The notes: generated from the sequence alone by a model not told the origin. A DNA stretch of 62,922 nucleotides, filler included, from Octopus bimaculoides (GCF_001194135.2; 5 parts of 5 records of this genome joined end to end with filler, not necessarily neighbours in it), one strand, 5' to 3'; positions 13,530 through 26,284 are shown, counted from the whole stretch's first letter. Translations and numbers: made by a program.

Positions 13530-15340
13530 CATACTCTTGCATTTATGAAATATCAAGGTTGCCGTCAAATTTTTGCCAGCCATACCGATCTTGAGCCATT
13601 TCTTCTAAGTAGCCCCACCATCATTCTCTTGCCTCCCGTCGCATCTTTCTTGCCGATATTTCTTGTGATCTCCTTCCTCCATCTGCTGTCCCAACGTCCA
13701 AAACGAGGGGCTACCATTTCGTTTGTAGACGCGTCCCATTTGTCTCCATCGCGACAAACTTATAAAATTATCAGTTGGTGTTATATATTTCGGAGGAGCG
13801 GGGTAAGTCGATTTACATCAACTCCTAGTGCTCAACCGGGTCTTGTTCTATCGACCCTGAAAGGATGGAAGGCAAAAAAATCGACCGTGGCAGAATTCGA
13901 ACTCAGAACGTAAAGCCAGACGAAATGCCGCTAAGCATTTTGTCCGGCGTGCAAACGATTCTACCAGCTCACCGCCTTCAGTTGGTGTTATACTAACAAT
14001 TGGTTTTACCATTAACGATTTCCCTCAATCTCTCATTGGTTAACATGATCTTGCCTCCTGATTCCTTATATTCTACGTGAGTTTTTGTGTTTAAAATCAA
14101 GGAATTTTTTGCTCGATGTAATAGCACTGTTCCATTATCGATGTCCATATAGCAATATTGATCTAACGAAGGTTATATAAATTTATTACCCTAGTGTGTC
14201 AGGAGACAGCCAGACTTCCACGTGAATTTAACATTCACATTGTTTATTCTGCTTCTTTGTTTTCAAATTCTTTCCCCAAAACTCCAAACCAAACAAGCCA
14301 TTATTTGCCACTACAGTCTCCAGCTATTTGAAGTGATCAGCGGTCTTTATCATTATTTCTCCTTCTAGAGCGGTGAGCTGGCAGAATCGTAAACGCGTCG
14401 GACAAAATATGTAGCTGTATCTCTTTAAGGTGGCGAATTGGCAGAATCGTAAACACTCCAGGCAACATACTAAGCAGCATTTTGCCCCTCTTTACATTCT
14501 GAGTTCAAATTTCACCGAGGTCGGTTTTGCCTTTCATCTTTCGGCGTCGGTAAAGTAAGTACCAGTTGAGCACTGGAGTCGTTGTAATCGACTTACCCCC
14601 CNNNNNNNNNNNNNNNNNNNNNNNNNNNNNNNNNNNNNNNNNNNNNNNNNNNNNNNNNNNNNNNNNNNNNNNNNNNNNNNNNNNNNNNNNNNNNNNNNNN
14701 NNNNNNNNNNNNNNNNNNNNNNNNNNNNNNNNAAATTGCTGGCCTTGTGCCAAAATTTGAAACCAATATTTCTCCTGAGGCAACGAGTTGGCAGAACGTT
14801 GCCCGCAGTGGCATTTCTTCCGACTTGACTTTACGTTCTAAGTTCAAATTCTACCGAGGTAGACTTTACCTTTCATCCTTTCTGGGGTCAATAAAACAAG
14901 TACCAATTTCGCCCTGCGGTCGATGTACTCTACTTACCCATTCCCTTGTGCCTATGATAGAAAAGATTATTATTTTTCCTTCTGTACTGCAATTGAATTG
15001 ATTAGCAAAATTTATATTCTTTTTCTTTTTCTTTGAGCAATTAAAAGACAAACCCATCTTACTTCCCTCTTTTATTAAACCATCCAATATTAGTTGAATT
15101 TCTTCAGTTGCTCTCGTAACATCATCAGGTCGTCAGCATGATCTAGATCAGCTAGCATCTTATTATCCGTCTATTCTTTCTCCATCAATCATCAGTGCAA
15201 AACTTAGACCAGACAGTATGTCTCCTTGATTCATATCATACTTCACCGCAAAGATTCACTGAGAGTACCATTTTTCCATGACTGAACACAAGATTCCTTC
15301 ATGCTCGTTTGAAATTATGTCAGTATATTTTTGCGCAATG
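13530..15340 (-). mobile_element. Ancient RTE-clade LINE, fragmented by SINE insertions
   Basis: Collinear minus-strand relics: QGDILS (about 15240), LADLDHADDL (about 15130), L..L.KEGSKMGLSFN.SK (15040-15100), DHFK*LET (about 14340), ILLYG..W.....F.....RRI*GIR.QDH (14050-14155), AQDRYGW (about 13590). Confidence 0.65.
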
Positions 15341-15625
15341 TCTTATCACAGTACCGGACCGCTTATCTGGCTTCTAGAAATCCGGGAATAAAGTGTAATA
15401 CTGTACACTATACTGTATCCTGTATTGAATAAACAGACCCAGTTTTTGAAGTCGGTCGATTTGAATACAGTGTATTAAAAATAGATTTAATCTTTACTTG
15501 CTTTAGTGGATTGAGAAAGATTAAATATAGTCTACTTTATAAATGTATTGATTCGTACCTGTATCTGTTAAATTAAATAATGTTCTTTACTTTTCATCGT
15601 TTAATTTTCGTCCTAAAAACATTAT

Positions 15626-15768
15626 AAGCGCAGGCGTAGCTGCGTGGTAAGAAGCTTACTTCCCAACCACATGGTTCCGGGTTCAGTCCCACTGCGTGGC
15701 ACCTTGGGCAAGTGTCTTCTCCGACCTTGTGAGTAGATTTGGTAGACGGAATTTGAAAGCAGCTCGTC

Positions 15769-15815
<47 letters not shown>

Positions 15816-16022
15816 TGTGTTTCCCCCTGCCATCGCTTGACAACCGATGTTGGTGTGCATACGTCCTCATACCTTAGCGATTCAGCAAAATCGACCGATA
15901 GAATAAGTACTAAGCTTACAAAGAATTAGTCCTGGGGTCGGTTTGTTCGACCAAAACCCTCTAAGGTGGTGCTCCAGTATGGCCGCAGTCAAATGACTGA
16001 AACAAGTAAAAGAATAAAAGAA
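15626..16022 (+). mobile_element. SINE family C, full length, internal (TG)n
   Basis: Head GCGCAGGCGTAGCTGCGTGGTAAG...GGTTCAGTCCC, internal TG run, tail GACTGAAACAAGTAAAAGAATAAAAG. Confidence 0.85.
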
Positions 16023-17515
16023 TTATACTGTATAAATGGTGCAGTATGAGATATCTTAAGAATTTTAAGTGGATTGATAGGTATCAAATATACCCTGCAT
16101 TAGAATCTGTTAAATACTTTTCGTTACGAGAGATTATATGTAGTGCCTAAAGCAGAATTCCGCCCTTCAGTCAAACCATTTGACCTCTTAAACATAGCAG
16201 CCAATTCTTTGCAAGCCACGCCGCATCATCTTTAGCAAAGCTGCGTGATAGTGGTATCAGACGTGGCATGCAGACCGTCATAGAAATTGTTTTATTCTGA
16301 TATGCGCATTACATTTTTATTATTCTCTTCCGATTTACGAATTCAGTGTGCACATGCGCATTGCGTGTTCATACTTTTTTTTCCGGTTCCTACTCAAAAC
16401 TGTTTACAGATCACAGCCATCTCACGAACGCATGTTAGTGAGGAGTGCTTCGCGCTCCGATAGTTGTGAAAAAAAGGACACAATAAAATATGGAACTCCC
16501 CTTAGAATGAGATTGATTGCATATTATTTTGGGTTTCCACGTAAAATAATCATGTGAATACTCATACGAGCTGAATGGAACTTCTCTCTAAGATGAAAGA
16601 GAGAGAGAGACAGACCGACAGACAGAGAAGAGAGTGAGAGATAGAGACAGACAGAGAATAACCTAATTGAGTTTAATAGATTCAAAAGATCGTTGAGAAA
16701 AGATTGCTAAAAGAATAAGTTATTGGGCCGCTAATTCACAAACCACGAATTAATACTGAAAGCATTCCATTGCACATTTCTGAATGAAGTATTTAATATC
16801 TCGCGACTCAGTTATCTTAACATACAAAGTATGTCATATCTTTTGAGAACGTTTCTTACAATAGATTGGACACCCTGTAAATGAATAAATATTTTCATTC
16901 TGCCTCTTTTTGTTATGAAATATGAATATATTAACTTTTTATTTGGTCCAGTAATAATATTATGATCTTATTTTTATGTTTGTTTGGTTTTTTTATTGTT
17001 TTACGATGCGTGGTTTTTTTTGTTGTTGTTTTTTTTTTGCCTTTTGTTGTTTTTGCTTTTGCATCTCGTACTTTTGTGGCTTATTTCATTTAGTTTGTCG
17101 TTTGTGGTATCTGAACGATGTTCTCTAACGCTGTGATTTTCTTATCTATCTGCAAAAACATTTCTTGTGTTGTTTCCGAAGTCTTTCTTGTCTTTTGTTA
17201 GGTCCCGAATTTCTGTACAAAAAGGAAAATACAGAAGAAAAAAAAACAAAAAAAAAACAAGCAAACATTGAAACAGACTAATCAAAGCAACAAACGAAAT
17301 CCTTTCTTCTTAATAGATTCAATTGAGTAGAGCGGTAGAGATACTTTCATGTGTTTTTATACAATGTGAAGGATTCTTTCTTTTCAATTAATGGACTTAA
17401 ATGCCCAGTTCGAAATGTGGTTGTTCTCAATCTGGATTGCATTTCTTTAAAGACGCTTTCTTGTGTTGTTGTGTACGTATGTATACACACACACATACGA
17501 TATATGTGTGCGTGT

Positions 17516-17558
<43 letters not shown>

Positions 17559-18387
17559 TGCATATGTATATACATATATACATATATGTATATATATACA
17601 TATATATGTGTGTATATATATATACATATACACACACACACACGCATATATATATATATATATACATACATACATACATACATACATACATACATNNNNN
17701 NNNNNNNNNNNNNNNNNNNNNNNNNNNNNNNNNNNNNNNNNNNNNNNNNNNNNNNNNNNNNNNNNNNNNNNNNNNNNNNNNNNNNNNNNNNNNNNNNNNN
17801 NNNNNNNNNNNNNNNNNNNNNNNNNNNNNNNNNNNNNNNNNNNNNNNNNNNNNNNNNNNNNNNNNNNNNNNNNNNNNNNNNNNNNNNNNNNNNNNNNNNN
17901 NNNNNNNNNNNNNNNNNNNNNNNNNNNNNNNNNNNNNNNNNNNNNNNNNNNNNNNNNNNNNNNNNNNNNNNNNNNNNNNNNNNNNNNNNNNNNNNNNNNN
18001 NNNNNNNNNNNNNNNNNNNNNNNNNNNNNNNNNNNNNNNNNNNNNNNNNNNNNNNNNNNNNNNNNNNNNNNNNNNNNNNNNNNNNNNNNNNNNNNNNNNN
18101 NNNNNNNNNNNNNNNNNNNNNNNNNNNNNNNNNNNNNNNNNNNNNNNNNNNNNNNNNNNNNNNNNNNNNNNNNNNNNNNNNNNNNNNNNNNNNNNNNNNN
18201 NNNNNNNNNNNNNNNNNNNNNNNNNNNNNNNNNNNNNNNNNNNNNNNNNNNNNNNNNNNNNNNNNNNNNNNNNNNNNNNNNNNNNNNNNNNNNNNNNNNN
18301 NNNNNNNNNNNNNNNNNNNNNNNNNNNNNNNNNNNNNNNNNNNNNNNNNNNNNNNNNNNNNNNNNNNNNNNNNNNNNNNNNNNNNNN

Positions 18388-18451
<64 letters not shown>

Positions 18452-19325
18452 GCACACACACACACATACACACTCACATTCGCGTTCGCAGAAACTAATT
18501 CTTCATTATTTCCACATGTCCATAGATCGAGGACATAGGCAATGTTTTTATGTTTGTCTTTCCTCAAGGAATACCTCGGTCCCAAACGCCTGCAAATTCT
18601 TCTCCTTGGGTGGGAGGGCTTGCGTATTCATCCAAACCACAACCGTCCACATGTCTCTGCACTCAGTCCCAAAGATGAAGATAAAATAATGGCCAACATT
18701 ACAACTAGCATTCTTGTGTAACGTCAGTCACTCTTACAACCCTATAAACAGATATGCAGTGCATCAACTCGGCTTGTCGCCTCACCTTGTTCCCGGTCTT
18801 AAAAACGAACCACAGTCTACAGTATGTCCTACCCCAGCTGATGAAAATCTTATTATACCACATATCGGGTTCTTCACGCTTTGAGTTTATATTCAAACCT
18901 TGTCTATTTTTTGAGGAGCAGAGATATACTGTTTTCCTTCTTTGCCTTTACTTCGATAATATCGTTCTGCAAGGAAGCATAAATTTTTGTAATATTCTTC
19001 TTTCGCCTTATTTTTTCTGAAGAACCAGCTCATATTTAATACTTCTCTTTGGCTGGCAGCGCTAGCAAAGCTGCTGCTGTTGTTGGTATTGCCAATGTCT
19101 TACACATGTATTCTTTTACTCTTTTACTCTTTTACTTGTTTCAGTCATTTGACTGCGGCCATGCTGGAGCACTGCCTTTAGTCGAGCAAATCGACCCCGG
19201 GACTTATTCTTTGTAAGCCTAGTACTTATTCTATCGGTCTCTTTTGCCGAACCGCTAGGTGACGGGGACATAAACACACCAGCATCGGTTGTCAAGCAAT
19301 GCTAGGGGGGACAAACACAGACACA

Positions 19326-19359
<34 letters not shown>

Positions 19360-20229
19360 NNNNNNNNNNNNNNNNNNNNNNNNNNNNNNNNNNNNNNNNN
19401 NNNNNNNNNNNNNNNNNNNNNNNNNNNNNNNNNNNNNNNNNNNNNNNNNNNNNNNNNNNNNNNNNNNNNNNNNNNNNNNNNNNNNNNNNNNNNNNNNNNN
19501 NNNNNNNNNNNNNNNNNNNNNNNNNNNNNNNNNNNNNNNNNNNNNNNNNNNNNNNNNNNNNNNNNNNNNNNNNNNNNNNNNNNNNNNNNNNNNNNNNNNN
19601 NNNNNNNNNNNNNNNNNNNNNNNNNNNNNNNNNNNNNNNNNNNNNNNNNNNNNNNNNNNNNNNNNNNNNNNNNNNNNNNNNNNNNNNNNNNNNNNNNNNN
19701 NNNNNNNNNNNNNNNNNNNNNNNNNNNNNNNNNNNNNNNNNNNNNNNNNNNNNNNNNNNNNNNNNNNNNNNNNNNNNNNNNNNNNNNNNNNNNNNNNNNN
19801 NNNNNNNNNNNNNNNNNNNNNNNNNNNNNNNNNNNNNNNNNNNNNNNNNNNNNNNNNNNNNNNNNNNNNNNNNNNNNNNNNNNNNNNNNNNNNNNNNNNN
19901 NNNNNNNNNNNNNNNNNNNNNNNNNNNNNNNNNNNNNNNNNNNNNNNNNNNNNNNNNNNNNNNNNNNNNNNNNNNNNNNNNNNNNNNNNNNNNNNNNNNN
20001 NNNNNNNNNNNNNNNNNNNNNNNNNNNNNNNNNNNNNNNNNNNNNNNNNNNNNNNNNNNNNNNNNNNNNNNNNNNNNNNNNNNNNNNNNNNNNNNNNNNN
20101 NNNNNNNNNNNNNNNNNNNNNNNNNNNNNNNNNNNNNNNNNNNNNNNNNNNNNNNNNNNNNNNNNNNNNNNNNNNNNNNNNNNNNNNNNNNNNNNNNNNN
20201 NNNNNNNNNNNNNNNNNNNNNNNNNNNNN

Positions 20230-20270
<41 letters not shown>

Positions 20271-21059
20271 GGTGGTGGTGGTAGTAGTAGCAGTAGTAGT
20301 AGTAGTGGTGGTGGTGGTGGTGGTGGTGGTAGTAGTAGTAGTAGCAGTAGTACTAGTAGTTGTTGTTAATTTTGGAATAAATAATGTAACATTTAGACAA
20401 TGGTATGAACTGAAGTAGATTTTGATCGATGGTATAGGTGTTAGATTCCAGCAATTGACCTTTTTGTCAAGTAATCAAGCTGGTGTTTTTGAACTTTTGT
20501 TAAACCGTTGAAGCAAGCTGGCAAGAATGATGAATTATGGGATCGTTAATGATAATGTTGATTGTGATGACAATAACGGTGGTAAAGATATTTTGACGAC
20601 GAGGACAGGATTGTGTCAGTGGTGACTAGGTGCTTATATTGATTATTATTTTTATTATAACTTTTTTCTACTCTTGGCACAAGGTCTGAAATTTTTGATC
20701 GAAGAGAAAGCCGGTTACATTGACCCCATTGTTCAACTGGTGTTTATTTTATCGACTCTTTTCGTATTCTCTCTGTGCAAGCATGTCACAGGCTCACGAT
20801 GTACGTCACACTTTCCACCTTCTTTCCACATAATCTACACTTTCTGTCCCTCTCTTAACTGGCATTCTGCCGGTTACCACAACGAGAGTTCTAGTTGATC
20901 CGATCAAAGGAACAGCCTGCTCATGAAATTAGCGTGTAAATGGATGTGCACTCCACTGACGCGCGTACCATAAACGTAGTTCTCAGGGAAATCCAGCGTG
21001 ACACAGAATGTGACAAGGTTGGCCCTTTGAAATACAGGTACTATCTGAATACCCAAACC

Positions 21060-21480
21060 ACTAAGCCACGCGCCTTCACTCCTTCTCTTAAGATCACCTT
21101 CTCTCAACCAATTCCATGAAGATTCTACTTTTATGTCCTTCGTTTGTCTTTCGAATTGACCATGTAATTCCATACCCTCCCTCGTGTTCAGTTTATCAGA
21201 TAGCAACCTCATTTTGCAATTTTCTTTATTTTCAATAGTTTCAATGCATAAGCCTTTCCTTTTAGCAACATACCTTAAGAGTTCTTCTCTACAATTGACC
21301 AACTAAAAGACTAAAACCCAGCATTCACCACTGGCCACACAATCCTTCACACTCATAAACCTTCGTCCTCTTATGTTCTGCGGTGTTTATAGCCTTATAA
21401 CATTTGCCCTTGGATGCAATGCACCATTGTTGACCATTTTCTTTCGCGTTAACCAATCTAACTTCTCTATCTCTTCTTTA
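21060..21480 (-). mobile_element. RLE-type non-LTR retrotransposon fragment
   Basis: Reads EKLDWLTRKKMVNNGALHPRANV.RL and MELHGQFERQTKD....SWNWLREGDLKR, homologous to the LHG../WL..G.LK.ETE block of the 1400-2905 element. Confidence 0.7.
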
Positions 21481-21563
21481 GTCCAATTCAAAATAATCGT
21501 GCGTGTGTATATGTACATATATCTTTCTATCTATCTATTTATATATATACAAAGACATTAAAG

Positions 21564-22098
21564 CAGGGTTGGATGAACCAGGGTGAAGCACACCAAGTGG
21601 GGTAAAAACGAAACTCTTGGGGGTAATGAGAACTCATTAAACATAAGTAAAATTATATAAAAAAAACGTGTTCCTTGTTACGACAGAAATTTTTCTTCTG
21701 GCATGAGGAGGCAGTCAAAAAGTTGCTGTCTTTTGTAACAACCTACCTTTGCAAACAAGGATTTTCCACTCTAATGAACATAAAAACAAAGCAGAGTAAT
21801 CAATTGGACCCTGAAGTCTGTATCCAAATTGCTCTGGCATCAAAATACTCCAATTTTGATATAATTGTAACAAAAATGAAACATCATTTCTCCAAAACTT
21901 GAAGTGAAAAATTTTCTAGAAAAATCCCTTTGTTTCTTAATGAAGACATTAATTTATTTTATCGCATTTTAATTGTATTCTCCAAAAACCTTTCGAATTC
22001 ACAGAATCTATGATTTTCTTCCTTTCAAACCAAGGGGATAACGTTGGCGTAAATAAATATATTTGGGGTTAATTGGTTAAAAAGTTCCCCGACCCCCG
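21564..22098 (+). mobile_element. Internally deleted hAT (Buster/Charlie-type) DNA transposon with transposase C-terminal relic
   Basis: 21675-21902 reads AVKKLLSFVTTYLCKQGFSTLMNIKTKQSNQL, the hAT C-terminal dimerisation signature. Degenerate TIRs (CAGGGTTGGATGAAC / GTTCCCCGACCCCCG). 8-bp flanks CATTAAAG and CATTAGAA with central TA. Confidence 0.75.
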
Positions 22099-22379
22099 CA
22101 TTAGAACAACATAAATCATTATTTTGTTACTTTTTGTTTTACCGACCCCCAAAAAGGTTGAAAAGGAAAGTCGACCTCGGCAGAATTNNNNNNNNNNTTT
22201 GTTACTTTTTGTTTTACCGACCCCCAAAAAGGTTGAAAAGGAAAGTCGACCTCGGCAGAATTTGAACTCAGAATGTAAGGACGGACGAAATGTCGCTTCT
22301 GCAAGCTCACAAGTAAAATATTAAAAAGAAGTAAACAAAGTTGGTTTTTTTTTTTTTTTAGAAGCGTTGAGATGTATTG

Positions 22380-22589
22380 TAAGATACAGAAATAAACTTA
22401 TTTCTCAAACGTGTGATAATGCTATAAATAGCGAGATCAGGATAAATTATCTCTGTGAGCAGAGATGTAAGTTCGAGTCTCATGGCTGGCCAGTAACGTA
22501 TTTTTCTGCAATGTATGGATAATTTCTCCTGATCACGCTATTTATAGCATTATCACGCGTTTGAGAAATAAATTTATTTCTGTATCTTA
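22380..22589. mobile_element. Foldback element, 72-bp arms, tRNA-like core
   Basis: Arms differ at 4 of 72 positions; the spacer contains GTTCGAGTCTCATGGCTG (22471-22488). Confidence 0.8.
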
Positions 22590-23247
22590 TTAAAAAGAAG
22601 GTAATAAAACGAAACCTACTTAAACCATTACATTACATTTCATATAGCTATTTGTAATAGATAACAGTTTCACTGACATTCCTTAGAACTCATCGGGAAA
22701 AACAACAAGGTGCCTTCATTCATTTATTCACTAAACTATATCAAATGAAAACAAACTTTTTTTTTTTTTCATGCGGTTTAATTAGTTTCCCTACATACCT
22801 AACCTACATACCCAACCACAGTAGTAAATTATCACTTCTCTTCTTACAAGCACTGCCTAATTATAGTCCCATACATTAATTAAAACTCATTAACTACATT
22901 TTGTGATTAAAAAAAATATAAAACTACAATTTAAAAATCTCATAACTTGTATGACAGAGGCGAAGTCTCCAACCGAGAATTGAACCTATTGTTTGGCATT
23001 CAAAACCAAAATAAATTAATGCTGAGAAATTCTGCTCCAAAACAGCGTTAAAAAAAACCGTTCTTTTCAAATATTTCAACTATCATTCCCCGTATCTGTT
23101 TCTTTTATGATTTTTATCGATATTTCTATTCTTTACCGTTTTTTTTTTCTTTCAAGCTCGTGCGTATTCGATTTTCATTAAAAAAATATTTTAGGGGTGG
23201 GGGTATGCGTGTGAGTGATCTGTTATATAAATGTGTATATATCCACA

Positions 23248-23283
<36 letters not shown>

Positions 23284-23890
23284 GATAGATATATATATAG
23301 ATATATATATATATATGGATATNNNNNNNNNNNNNNNNNNNNNNNNNNNNNNNNNNNNNNNNNNNNNNNNNNNNNNNNNNNNNNNNNNNNNNNNNNNNNN
23401 NNNNNNNNNNNNNNNNNNNNNNNNNNNNNNNNNNNNNNNNNNNNNNNNNNNNNNNNNNNNNNNNNNNNNNNNNNNNNNNNNNNNNNNNNNNNNNNNNNNN
23501 NNNNNNNNNNNNNNNNNNNNNNNNNNNNNNNNNNNNNNNNNNNNNNNNNNNNNNNNNNNNNNNNNNNNNNNNNNNNNNNNNNNNNNNNNNNNNNNNNNNN
23601 NNNNNNNNNNNNNNNNNNNNNNNNNNNNNNNNNNNNNNNNNNNNNNNNNNNNNNNNNNNNNNNNNNNNNNNNNNNNNNNNNNNNNNNNNNNNNNNNNNNN
23701 NNNNNNNNNNNNNNNNNNNNNNNNNNNNNNNNNNNNNNNNNNNNNNNNNNNNNNNNNNNNNNNNNNNNNNNNNNNNNNNNNNNNNNNNNNNNNNNNNNNN
23801 NNNNNNNNNNNNNNNNNNNNNNNNNNNNNNNNNNNNNNNNNNNNNNNNNNNNNNNNNNNNNNNNNNNNNNNNNNNNNNNNNNNNNNNNNN

Positions 23891-24156
23891 GTATTTCCGA
23901 CGACGAGTTGTGTCCTTGAACAAGACAGTTTATTTCACGTTGCTCCAGTCCACTCAGCTGGCAAAAAGGAGTAGAATCTGTATTTCAAAGGGCCAACTTT
24001 GTCACACTCTGTGTCACGCTGAGTCTCCCTGAGAAATACTTTGAGGGTATACGTGTCTGTGGAGCGCTCACCCTCTAGCACATTACTTTCACGAACAAGT
24101 TGTTCAGTTGAGCGTATCAGTTGAGACCCTCGTCGTCGTAACCGACGGAGTGCTCC

Positions 24157-24157
<1 letters not shown>
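23891..24157 (+). mobile_element. SINE variant A' (CORE-like centre plus family A tail)
   Basis: GTCCTTGAACAAGACAGTTTATTTCACGTTGCTCCAG centre followed by the family A 3' tail; related copies at 28470-28745(-) and 61062-61290(+). Confidence 0.7.
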
Positions 24158-24192
<35 letters not shown>

Positions 24193-24659
24193 CATATATC
24201 TAACATAATTATGTATTTGTGTGTGTGTGTCTGTGTACTTTATATATATATGTACTTTGACTAGAAGCCTTTGTCGTTTTAGATATATATATACATACAA
24301 ACTTTACTAAAAGAGAAATAACTCAGAATTGCCAGTGGTAAATAAGAACATATCAAGAGAAGTTCTTGATTTATTGAAATTATCTCCGCTTACAGGGATG
24401 GTAGAACAATCGCTGTGTGGCAGTTAGGACCAACTCCAGATGAAAAAGAGACACAATTCTAAAAATCAAAATTTCTTCAAACCTAACTTGGCATTAAGGA
24501 AAAAACAATCTGAGAGGCGCCATCGACACAGCAGTTGTCTTGCCATAGACTTAGACATACACAAAAAATTGTAGAATATATTTATGGTCTGGGTAAATGA
24601 ATTAGCCAAGAAAGGTAACTCAAAATGGTCAATGATAGTTATTTGAAAACACACACACA

Positions 24660-24858
24660 TCTTTTACTTGTTTAAATCATTAGACTGTGACCTTAAAGTG
24701 TTTTAGTCGAACGAATCGACCCCAGTTATTTTTTCCCTTAAAGCCAGGTACTCATTTTATCGTTCTTTTTTGTTGAATCACTAAGTTACAGGGACGTAAA
24801 TACACCAACACCTGTTGCCAAGCAGCGATGGATCACAAACAGATACAAAGACACAGAC

Positions 24859-24895
<37 letters not shown>

Positions 24896-24996
24896 TGTAT
24901 GTGCGTGTGTGTGTGTGTGTGTATACAACGGGCTTCTTTTCAATCTCCGTCTACCAAATCCCCTCACAAGGTTTTGATCGGCCCGATGCTATAGTA
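24660..24996 (-). mobile_element. SINE family C interrupted by a hAT element
   Basis: Tail, internal CA/TG run and body stop at GCTATAGTA, where CAGTGGTTCTCAACC begins. Confidence 0.75.
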
Positions 24997-26223
24997 CAGT
25001 GGTTCTCAACCTTTTTTGCCAACGGCACACCTTGGAACACATGAAAAAATAGCGGCACACCTGGCTAAAGATATATATAAAAAATATTTTAGTTTTGCAA
25101 AATAAATACATGGCAAGTCATAGAAGTCATACAACCGTAGACACAGACTAGTCATAGACACATGGAATGACTCANNNNNNNNNNNNNNNNNNNNNNNNNN
25201 NNNNNNNNNNNNNNNNNNNNNNNNNNNNNNNNNNNNNNNNNNNNNNNNNNNNNNNNNNNNNNNNNNNNNNNNNNNNNNNNNNNNNNNNNNNNNNNNNNNN
25301 NNNNNNNNNNNNNNNNNNNNNNNNNNNNNNNNNNNNNNNNNNNNNNNNNNNNNNNNNNNNNNNNNNNNNNNNNNNNNNNNNNNNNNNNNNNNNNNNNNNN
25401 NNNNNNNNNNNNNNNNNNNNNNNNNNNNNNNNNNNNNNNNNNNNNNNNNNNNNNNNNNNNNNNNNNNNNNNNNNNNNNNNNNNNNNNNNNNNNNNNNNNN
25501 NNNNNNNNNNNNNNNNNNNNNNNNNNNNNNNNNNNNNNNNNNNNNNNNNNNNNNNNNNNNNNNNNNNNNNNNNNNNNNNNNNNNNNNNNNNNNNNNNNNN
25601 NNNNNNNNNNNNNNNNNNNNNNNNNNNNNNNNNNNTAACGTGCAAGTGGCTGAGCACTCCACAGACACGTGTACCCTTAACGTAGTTCTTGGGGATATTC
25701 AGCGTGACACAGTGTGACAAGGCTGCCCCCTTTGAAATACAGGCACAACAGAAACAGGAAGTAAGAGTGAGAGAAAGTTGTGGTGAAAGAATACAGCAGG
25801 GTTCGCCACCATCCCCTGCCGGAGCCTCGTGGAGCTTTAGGTGTTTTGCTCAATAAACACTCACAACGCCCGGTCTGGGAATCGAAACCGCGATCCTATG
25901 ACCGCGAGTCCGCTGCCCTAACCACTGGCCCATTGCGCCTCCACAATTCACATATATAAGAAGTTGAAAATTGTAATAAAATTGCTAAAGCTCTTTTACA
26001 TTAATATGGGATACTCCTCTTGAATTGAAATCGAAAATGAATCAATGGGCAGAGTTGAATGTTTTAATTTTAACCCTCGGCCACTAGAAAAGGTGGCCAA
26101 TTCTTCTTCCTGTAACGCAAGTTCAATGTTGGAAGAATGATTTATAAAAGGATCTCTAATCCAATCATACTTTTCTGTCTTTAATGACGGAAAGTAATTG
26201 TTGATGCTTTCGTCCAGTAATTC
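24997..26223 (-). mobile_element. hAT (Buster/Charlie-type) transposon relic
   Basis: Terminal CAGTGGTTCTCAACC at 24997. 26223-25945 reads ELLDESINNYFPSLKTEKYDWIRDPF...LQEEEL...GLKLK...SIQEEYPIL(fs)CKRALAILLQFSTSYICE; SINE A is inserted right after this. Confidence 0.78.
25635..25944 (-). mobile_element. SINE family A (tail in gap)
   Basis: High identity to the 9955 copy on the reverse strand. Confidence 0.9.
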
Positions 26224-26284
26224 ATGATGATGATGACGATGATGATGATGATATTGCTGCTTCCGTCTCTGTTAGTGTTGCTGC

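Noticed and set aside
12436-16878. Tc1/mariner element bounded by TACAGGGTG and CACCCTGTA
   Set aside because: The match is only 9 bp, the TIRs diverge immediately inside, and no transposase motif was seen between them.
18860-19050. KAKEEYYKNLC on the minus strand, reminiscent of a LINE linker region
   Set aside because: Too short and without neighbouring RT or endonuclease motifs.
22123-22262. Apparent 65-bp tandem duplication of a SINE B segment
   Set aside because: Two identical copies flank a 10-N placeholder, which indicates unmerged overlapping contig ends.
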